A stretch of DNA of 64,000 nucleotides. Source: an uncultured Candidatus Saccharimonadales bacterium. Lineage in GTDB: Bacteria; Patescibacteriota; Saccharimonadia; UBA4664. Location: contig CAZSRA010000004.1 of the NCBI GenBank assembly GCA_964609585.1, positions 27,417 through 91,416 of the forward strand, read 5' to 3'. The translations under genes were made by a program, and so were the position numbers. Positions 57,995 to 64,000 of this stretch are shown one piece after another (the first letter of the stretch is position 1; each line of letters opens with the position of its first letter). The notes under the pieces are model-generated. The model worked only from the letters and a program-made list of their open reading frames with translations, made no database searches and was not told the origin of the DNA.

Positions 57995-58369
57995 GTGACA
58001 GCAACACGCAAGGAGTTTGTCCCGGCATGGTTGAAGGCCTGTTTGGCTGCCCAGATCTCTGAGGCGGCTGACCGGCTACGGGAAGCGATTTCTTGGGGTC
58101 ATGAGATCCGGGTCGGCTACGACGTAGCCGGTCAGGTGATCGCCACCCTGGTTCGTTACTATGTGGTGGGTCGAGAGGGGAACGAAGAGGCTCGTTATCG
58201 GCTCAACGCCGAGCAGACAACGGCGGCCTTGTTCCTGATGACGGTGATGTCGCTTTACGCGGCGATGGATCCTGAACTACAACTTCCTCTCGACGCGTGC
58301 CTGAAGGAGCAGCGCGTGTGGACGTCGCGGGGCTGTGAGTCATTCGAGGGAGTGGTTGTCGGTCTCTAG
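57995..58369 (+). CDS. Hypothetical protein (orphan, 124 aa)
   Basis: GTG after AAAGGG SD; promoter TTGTCG-17-TAGGGT (57898-57926); GCCCCGGTTC/GAACCGGGGC hairpin after stop. Confidence 0.6.
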   Translation: MTATRKEFVPAWLKACLAAQISEAADRLREAISWGHEIRVGYDVAGQVIATLVRYYVVGREGNEEARYRLNAEQTTAALFLMTVMSLYAAMDPELQLPLDACLKEQRVWTSRGCESFEGVVVGL

Positions 58370-58452
58370 GATCGTCGGAGGCCCCGGTTCGTATGGAACC
58401 GGGGCTGACTTTGTCTATCGGGAGATGAAAGATTGTATCGTTGGTTAAAATC

Positions 58453-58528
58453 TGGTGCCCCAGGAGGGAATCGAACCCCCGACGCTCTCCTTAGGACGGA
58501 GACGCTCTATCCACTGAGCTACTGAGGC
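58453..58528 (-). tRNA. tRNA-Arg(CCT)
   Basis: GCCTCAGTAGCTCAGTGGATAGAGC...TCTCC-GTCCTAA-GGAGA...GGTTCGATTCC...CCA. Confidence 0.95.
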
Positions 58529-58564
58529 GTGGGTGGAATTATAGCAGAATGATACAATCTAAGC

Positions 58565-59131
58565 ATGAGCAAGAAACAATCGGTTGTAGGACCGGGGAAA
58601 CAATTTCCTGGACAGCATGAAGGTGAAGAGGTGTTGTTTGTATTTCGGCAGCATCCGCTCGTGATGCGTAGTAGTTTAATTTTTGGGTTGCTCGTGATTG
58701 TGCTGGCGGTGTTGCCGTTTGATTTTCCGCAGATTTATACGGTGGAATGGTTGTCGGGGCTTTTGATGAAGGTTTTGATATTCGTGGTGATCGCGGTATT
58801 TTTGAGCTGGTTTTACCGATGGGTGGGTTGGTACTACACGCTTTATATTGTGACGGACCGGCGGATTCTGGCGATTAAGCAAAAAGGACTGTTTGATCGC
58901 AAGGTGGACGAGTGGCAGTTGGATGGGATTTCGAACGTGAACTACCACATTGGTGGGTTTCAGGCGGTGCTGTTTGGGTTTGGGGACATTACGGCGCGGA
59001 CGTACATTGGGGATCTGGAGATGCGCAAGATTCATAAGCCGGCCGAGGTGCATTCTCAGCTCGTGGACGCGGTGAGGCGAGCGGGCGGTGGGGCAACGAT
59101 GCGCAGCGGGTCGACACAGGAGGGGAACTAA
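58565..59131 (+). CDS. Membrane protein with bacterial PH domain
   Basis: FRQHP, 2 TMs, YIVTDRRI...GLF, FGFGDI. Confidence 0.8.
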   Translation: MSKKQSVVGPGKQFPGQHEGEEVLFVFRQHPLVMRSSLIFGLLVIVLAVLPFDFPQIYTVEWLSGLLMKVLIFVVIAVFLSWFYRWVGWYYTLYIVTDRRILAIKQKGLFDRKVDEWQLDGISNVNYHIGGFQAVLFGFGDITARTYIGDLEMRKIHKPAEVHSQLVDAVRRAGGGATMRSGSTQEGN

Positions 59132-59142
59132 GTTAGCATGAT

Positions 59143-60285
59143 ATGCATATAGCCGAGGAGTTTATTTTGCCGAGTAAAGATGACGAAGTTAAGGTTGAAT
59201 CTAAGGTAGAGAAGGCAAAGAAGCCGGAGTCTGAGGTGAAGCCTGCGGCGAAGGAAAAGGCTGAGAAGGCCGAGAAGCCTAAAGACGTCGATGTTGAGAC
59301 CGAAGTTAAAGAGGATGAGTCCGAGAAGGCAAAGCCTGAAGCCCATGAGACTGTTTCTCGCGTGAAGACGCGCGATATGCGAGGGATTGGCATGAAAGTG
59401 GCGGCGGTCGTGGTTGCCCTCGTGGCTGTGGTGACAACAGTATTTGGGGTCTTGCTCTACGGCTATCACAGTGACAATCTGGCCGTCCAAGCGGTGGCAT
59501 CGATCATTCCTTATCCAGTTGAGCGAGTAAATGGCGATTTTGTAACGTATAAATCCTTCTTGTTTGAAGTAAATGCGAATGAGCGGGCGTACCAGAATAA
59601 TGCCAAACTCAACAATCAGCCCGCAACGGACTTTAACTCGGCAGAGGGCAAGAAGTTGGTAGTACAGATTAAGCAACATGCACTTGATAAACTCTCAAGC
59701 GACTCGTTGATGGCGCACCTGGCCTCGCAAAAGAAGGTGACAGTGAGTGACAAGAACGTCAATGATCTCGTGAACCAGCTTTATAGTCGGTACGGCGGTA
59801 AGGACACTTTGCTAAAGACCTTGCAGCAGATCTACGGCTGGAACTTGAATGACCTAAAGGGCGTGGTTTATAAGCAATTGCTGGCCAAGGCAGTACAGGA
59901 CAAGGTTACTTCTGACCCGGCGGTTGATGCTGCTGCGAAGGCAAAAGCTCAAGATGTCGTAAAGCAGATTAAAGCTGGTGGCGACTTCGGCGAGCTTGCG
60001 AAGAAATACTCTCAGGCGTCGGATGCGGCGAGCGGTGGGGATCTAGGCTTCTTTACTAAGGGCCAGTTGCCGGATGAACTGCAGAAGGCAGCAGAAGCTT
60101 TGCAGCCTGGTCAGGTGTCGGACCCAGTGAAGGACCAGTACGGTTACGAGATCTTGAAGGTTGTTGAAAAGAAGGATGATGGTTCGATTCACGCCCTGCA
60201 TATTCTGATTAAGACTGTAGACTTTACCGAGTACTTCCAGAACCTTCAGAACAAGGCTAAGATCAACAAGTATTTGAAGGTTTAG
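59143..60285 (+). CDS. PrsA/SurA-like parvulin peptidyl-prolyl isomerase
   Basis: TM anchor, SurA N-domain, FGELAKKYSQ..SGGDLGFF, GQVSDPV..YGY, HILIK. Confidence 0.9.
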   Translation: MHIAEEFILPSKDDEVKVESKVEKAKKPESEVKPAAKEKAEKAEKPKDVDVETEVKEDESEKAKPEAHETVSRVKTRDMRGIGMKVAAVVVALVAVVTTVFGVLLYGYHSDNLAVQAVASIIPYPVERVNGDFVTYKSFLFEVNANERAYQNNAKLNNQPATDFNSAEGKKLVVQIKQHALDKLSSDSLMAHLASQKKVTVSDKNVNDLVNQLYSRYGGKDTLLKTLQQIYGWNLNDLKGVVYKQLLAKAVQDKVTSDPAVDAAAKAKAQDVVKQIKAGGDFGELAKKYSQASDAASGGDLGFFTKGQLPDELQKAAEALQPGQVSDPVKDQYGYEILKVVEKKDDGSIHALHILIKTVDFTEYFQNLQNKAKINKYLKV

Positions 60286-60301
60286 TTCGGCGGCGGCGAT
60301 T

Positions 60302-60877
60302 ATGACTACGGATTGGCAGGGGGCGGCGCAGCGGCTGGAAAACGGTGAGATAGGCATAATTCCTACGGATACGCTGTATGGGATCGTAGGATCAGCATTG
60401 AAGCCGGCGGTGGTTGAGCGGATTTATAAGCTGAGGGACCGCGACCTTGATAAGCCGATGATCGTTTTGGTGGCGGATTGGGCGGATATTGAGCGGTTGG
60501 GAGTGCGGGTTGAGGGGCGAGTTCGACAGATGCTCGAAAAGGTGTGGCCGGGGGCAGTGAGCGTAGTGTTGCCGGCGGCTATTTCGGGACTAAGATATTT
60601 GCACCGGGGGACCAACGGTATTGCGTTTCGGATGCCGGCGAAGCCGAGTTTGCGAGCGATGCTTCAGGAGACGGGACCGATCGTGGCGCCGAGTGCAAAC
60701 TTGGCAGGCAAGGAGCCGGCGGTGTCTGTAGGGGAGGCGAGGGAGTATTTTGGCGATGAGGTATTTTACGTAGATGAAGGTACATTACATAATGCGGCTT
60801 CGGCCTTAGTGGACGCTCGAGTAGAACCGATGCGAGTGTTGCGGTCGGCCCCGGGATTTAAGCAGGAGATGATATGA
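60302..60877 (+). CDS. tsaC: L-threonylcarbamoyladenylate synthase (TsaC/YrdC)
   Basis: PTDTLYG, IYKLRDRDLDKP, WPG, APSANLAG. Confidence 0.92.
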   Translation: MTTDWQGAAQRLENGEIGIIPTDTLYGIVGSALKPAVVERIYKLRDRDLDKPMIVLVADWADIERLGVRVEGRVRQMLEKVWPGAVSVVLPAAISGLRYLHRGTNGIAFRMPAKPSLRAMLQETGPIVAPSANLAGKEPAVSVGEAREYFGDEVFYVDEGTLHNAASALVDARVEPMRVLRSAPGFKQEMI

Positions 60878-61446
60878 GTGATGCGGAGCCATTAAAAATT
60901 GCGGTTTTAGCTGGGACTAAGCGGGCGCAACGGGAGTCAATTAAGGCGGCGCGGTTTGTGGCTGAGATGGGTCGTGAGCTAGAGGGCGTGGAAATAAGGT
61001 TTGTGGATCCCGAGGATTTTGATTTTCCGGGGGATGGTAATGATCCGGAAGGTAAGGACCCACGTTACGGTGAGATTACGGCTTGGGCGGATGCGTTTTT
61101 CATTGTAACGCCGGAATATAACCATTCGTTTCCGGGCTCGCTTAAGCGGATGCTGGATTCGGAGTTGGAAAATTATATTCATAAGCCGGTGGCATTTGCT
61201 GGGGCTTCAAATGGGCGTTGGGGTGGCGTGCGAGCGATCGAAGCCCTAAATACTACGGTGCGAGAGATGGGGCTGGTGAGTACGTTTACGGATGTGCATT
61301 TTCCGAAGGTGCAGGAATTGTTTGATGACGAAGGAAAGCTGCTGGAGCCGGTCTACCGGAAGCTGGTGGGGAAGGCTTATAACGAGTTGATTTGGATGGC
61401 TAGGACTTTGAAGTGGGGGCGGGAGCATTTGGGCGATAAGGGCTAG
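60874..61446 (+). CDS. NADPH-dependent FMN reductase
   Basis: AGTKR, TPEYNHSFPGSLK, KPVAF...GGVRA. Confidence 0.92.
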   Translation: MSDAEPLKIAVLAGTKRAQRESIKAARFVAEMGRELEGVEIRFVDPEDFDFPGDGNDPEGKDPRYGEITAWADAFFIVTPEYNHSFPGSLKRMLDSELENYIHKPVAFAGASNGRWGGVRAIEALNTTVREMGLVSTFTDVHFPKVQELFDDEGKLLEPVYRKLVGKAYNELIWMARTLKWGREHLGDKG

Positions 61447-61494
61447 AGTTTGAGCTCTGCGCTCTATCCTTTGTGTGCGAACGGCGAGTTTTAG

Positions 61495-61523
61495 TTGCCA
61501 GGACGGCGTAAACCTGGTACGAT
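61495..61523 (+). promoter_or_regulatory. Promoter for tRNA-Asp
   Basis: TTGCCA-17-(TGg)TACGAT. Confidence 0.65.
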
Positions 61524-61576
61524 TTGACGGTTCAGCCAGTGCCCAGAACGTGGGTGCGGTTAAGCATTACATCTTT

Positions 61577-61653
61577 GGGCTCGTGGTGTAGAGGCCTAAC
61601 ATGCCTCCCTGTCACGGAGGAGATCGCCGGTTCGAATCCGGTCGAGCCCGCCA
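61577..61653 (+). tRNA. tRNA-Asp(GTC)
   Basis: GGGCTCG acceptor, CCTCC-CTGTCAC-GGAGG anticodon arm, GGTTCGAATCC, CCA. Confidence 0.97.
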
Positions 61654-61664
61654 GCAATTATCTG

Positions 61665-61695
61665 ACAAAAAAGGCTTTAGATAGCCTTTTTTTGT
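61665..61695 (+). terminator. Terminator after tRNA-Asp
   Basis: AAAAAAGGCT...AGCCTTTTTT. Confidence 0.8.
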
Positions 61696-61827
61696 ACTAA
61701 TAACCTCCTTAATCCTCAGCAATTTATTGTAATGTTTTGATTTATGCATGATAATGTGTTGATCGTTTTTTGAAGCGATCGCAATGCACCGCGCAGGTGT
61801 TGCTCCTACTCGCGAGAAGAGGCTTCC

Positions 61828-62298
61828 ATGCTATTTCTGATCTTGGTCCTTCCGTTCTGCGCTTTGTTCGCGGGGTTGTGTTTGCATCTTGCAAGATATG
61901 TGAGCAAGGAAGGATGGCGCAACCCGGAAGTTGTCCTCATTATCTTGGGATGTTTTTATCCCATGGGCAAGCTGCTGGAGGCTTTTCCGACTACACCGGA
62001 ATACATTAGGGGACATCTCGCCGATGTGGGTGCCATTCCGGCAACAGTTCTCCTTTACCCGTTGTTGCTGGACAAACTTTCTCGGGATTCGCCAAACCGG
62101 CTATATGGGCGACGTTTTTCGGTGCTGGTAGGCTTTCTGGGGGCAGTTGGATGGGAACTCGGGCAATTCTATGTGCACCGGTATTTTCATCGTATCAACG
62201 GTGACCGGTGGGATTTGATCATCTACTGCGGGATGGCTGGATTCACCTGGCTGCTCGTTGAAGCTCAGGAGCGACGCGAAAAACGGATTCGGGAATAA
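61828..62298 (+). CDS. Hypothetical multi-pass membrane protein (orphan)
   Basis: Several TMs, RGHLADV, WELGQ, GDRWDLIIY; GAAGAGG SD; promoter TTGTAA-17-GATAAT (61727-61755). Confidence 0.7.
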   Translation: MLFLILVLPFCALFAGLCLHLARYVSKEGWRNPEVVLIILGCFYPMGKLLEAFPTTPEYIRGHLADVGAIPATVLLYPLLLDKLSRDSPNRLYGRRFSVLVGFLGAVGWELGQFYVHRYFHRINGDRWDLIIYCGMAGFTWLLVEAQERREKRIRE

Positions 62299-62416
62299 CC
62301 CGAAAAACAGCGAGGGGGCGAGGTGGTTGAGTTGAAGCCACTAGCCCGGAGGACCCTGAATTTTCAAGGCCCTCTTTTTTGTTTTCATACATGTTAATTG
62401 TGGATGTGGTAGCGTC

Positions 62417-63874
62417 TTAACTATCTAGACTCACTCGTAAAGCTAATACTTGCTCAAAACCGATAACCCAGCCAGTTTGGCGGATGCTGCGATAGAGTGG
62501 AGTTTGGAGGAGGTTGCCGCGGCTGTCGTAGACTTCGGGGAAGCCTTTGTGGCGAAGGATGGCGGTTTTGTAGGCGGTGATTTGGGCGTCGGCTGCTTCG
62601 AGGTATGTTTTGGCCTTGGTTTGGCGATAGAGGAGCAGCAGGGTCTTGATATATTCCATGCCCCAGAAGCTCCAGACGGCGTCGCCCCCGTAGGATGCTA
62701 CGGAGAGGCGTACGACGAGGAATTGGCGGCTGGCGCGGGTTTCGTGTTGGTAGCGAACGCCTAAGGGCTGGTCGATCTTTTGAGCCTGGAGGTAGGCGAT
62801 GCTGCGTTCGAAATAGGGGCGTTCTTTGGGGTTTTCGATTGAGAGAAAACCAGTGAAAAGCACTGCTAGCCAATCGGAGGAATAGTAATGGTTTTCGTGG
62901 CCAGCGGGTGACAGGTCTTCGAGGAAGTAGCCGCCTTCTTCGTACCAAAAGGTTTCGAGGATGGTGGTTTTGATTAAGGCTAGGCGATCTAAGTCTTTGG
63001 GAATGAGCCCGAGCTCCATAGCAAGTTGGGTGGTTTTCCAAAAGATAACGTTGTCGTAAAAGGCGCAGGAGCGTTTGGTGATGTCTTTGGCGCCGGAGAG
63101 CACGGCATCGGTGCGAATGAGGTTCATTGTGGGGTCGAAGACGGTGGTGTGGTAATGAGTGTAGAGAGCTTGGAGAGTTTGCGTGTAGTCGCCGAGGAGG
63201 GCGAGGCCAGCTAGCTTCGTGGCGGCTTTGTGCGGGTGGGGCGCGGAGTATTGGTAGAGCTTGGCGCTGGATTCCTTGCCGGTGAGTGCAGCAAGGGCGT
63301 AGAGGAGGCCGTAGACCGTGTCGGAGGGGTAGGCGTGGAAGTTGACGCAAGTGGCGGCTAGAGGGCCGGTGGGTACGATGGTGGTGGTGGGGACGCGGTA
63401 TTTGGAGAAGACGCCGAGACCGTAGGCGACGGTTTGGAGGTAAACGAGCTGACGGTTTTGCCAATCAATTTCGGTACTCGGTATGTTGGGGTCGAGCAGG
63501 GGATAGTAGAAGACGCCGAGGTTGCGTACGAAGAGGCTGTTGAAATGGTCGCCGGAGGTCACGAGGAGTTTGGTGGGATTAAAACGGAGCGCGTGGATGT
63601 CTGCGATGATTGTCTCTACGTTTTGGCCGACGGAAGCGGGGCTCGAAAGGTAGCGGGTATGGAGAATGTGGATACCGCATTTGGCCACAGCAAAAGCGCG
63701 CCACCACCAGTTTTGTCTGACAGTGAGTTTGTGGTTGCGATCGCGAGCTTCGATGACGGCATTGATCATGCGGGCGCGGTAAGGCAAGCGGATAATGCTG
63801 AAGCGACTGAACGGGCTCGTGAGGTGACTGTACGCTACAACGAGCGCCAGGGCAGCAGCGGGAAGAAAAAGCAT
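62417..63874 (-). CDS. Membrane-anchored protein, possibly six-hairpin glycosidase-like
   Basis: N-terminal hydrophobic anchor; helical aromatic-rich body with FWYEEGGYFLED, VWSFWG, GFPEVYD; fold is inferred only. Confidence 0.55.
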   Translation of the reverse strand: MLFLPAAALALVVAYSHLTSPFSRFSIIRLPYRARMINAVIEARDRNHKLTVRQNWWWRAFAVAKCGIHILHTRYLSSPASVGQNVETIIADIHALRFNPTKLLVTSGDHFNSLFVRNLGVFYYPLLDPNIPSTEIDWQNRQLVYLQTVAYGLGVFSKYRVPTTTIVPTGPLAATCVNFHAYPSDTVYGLLYALAALTGKESSAKLYQYSAPHPHKAATKLAGLALLGDYTQTLQALYTHYHTTVFDPTMNLIRTDAVLSGAKDITKRSCAFYDNVIFWKTTQLAMELGLIPKDLDRLALIKTTILETFWYEEGGYFLEDLSPAGHENHYYSSDWLAVLFTGFLSIENPKERPYFERSIAYLQAQKIDQPLGVRYQHETRASRQFLVVRLSVASYGGDAVWSFWGMEYIKTLLLLYRQTKAKTYLEAADAQITAYKTAILRHKGFPEVYDSRGNLLQTPLYRSIRQTGWVIGFEQVLALRVSLDS

Positions 63875-64000
63875 TAGAGATAGGCTTTATCGATATAGCA
63901 CCAGCGCCATTCTTTTTCGCCAGCGGGTGCTGCGTGGAAGGATTCCATGACGGCGTGGCCCGTGGTTTCAAAGTGCTTGGTGGCATGTAGGCCGACCGAG
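63874..64000 (-). CDS. UBP-type zinc finger protein, C-terminal fragment (absent from the ORF track)
   Basis: Manual translation SVGLHATKHFETTGHAVMESF...EWRWCYIDKAYL*; TAATG overlap with next gene. Confidence 0.8.
   Translation of the reverse strand, partial: SVGLHATKHFETTGHAVMESFHAAPAGEKEWRWCYIDKAYL

Noticed and set aside
62454-63464. 336-aa Arg/Pro-rich minus-strand ORF
   Set aside because: Alternative frame inside the 485-aa gene, with low-complexity composition typical of shadow ORFs.

Overview
Bacterial chromosomal window, most genes on the + strand (G/T-rich). Gene content and protein style suggest Patescibacteria/CPR, most likely Saccharibacteria (TM7); this is an inference, not a search result. 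Positions 1-30 kb are mostly housekeeping genes: rpoD end, polA, mutM, holA, rpsT, truB, rpsO-pnp, udg, rnj, ftsK, rodZ, yajQ, recA-recX, rpsF-ssb-rpsR-efp, tlyA, acs, ychF. Positions 31-52 kb form a type IV pilus locus with two paralogous modular adhesin-like proteins, pilMNO(P)B, pilT, pilC, a major pilin, prepilin peptidase and minor pilins. After it come a Xer-type recombinase, an O-antigen-ligase/TPR protein, dedA, an M16 peptidase, ndk, tRNA-Arg, a PrsA-like PPIase, tsaC and tRNA-Asp. The most unusual element lies between pilB and pilT (40457-42587): three tandem minus-strand units that share a promoter, leader, start context and a covarying 3' double-hairpin module, but carry apparently unrelated exported or membrane proteins. 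These belong to a wider set of about eight self-contained orphan genes in the window, several GC-rich and actinobacterial-looking, including a DUF5999 gene and a beta-propeller/SGNH protein.
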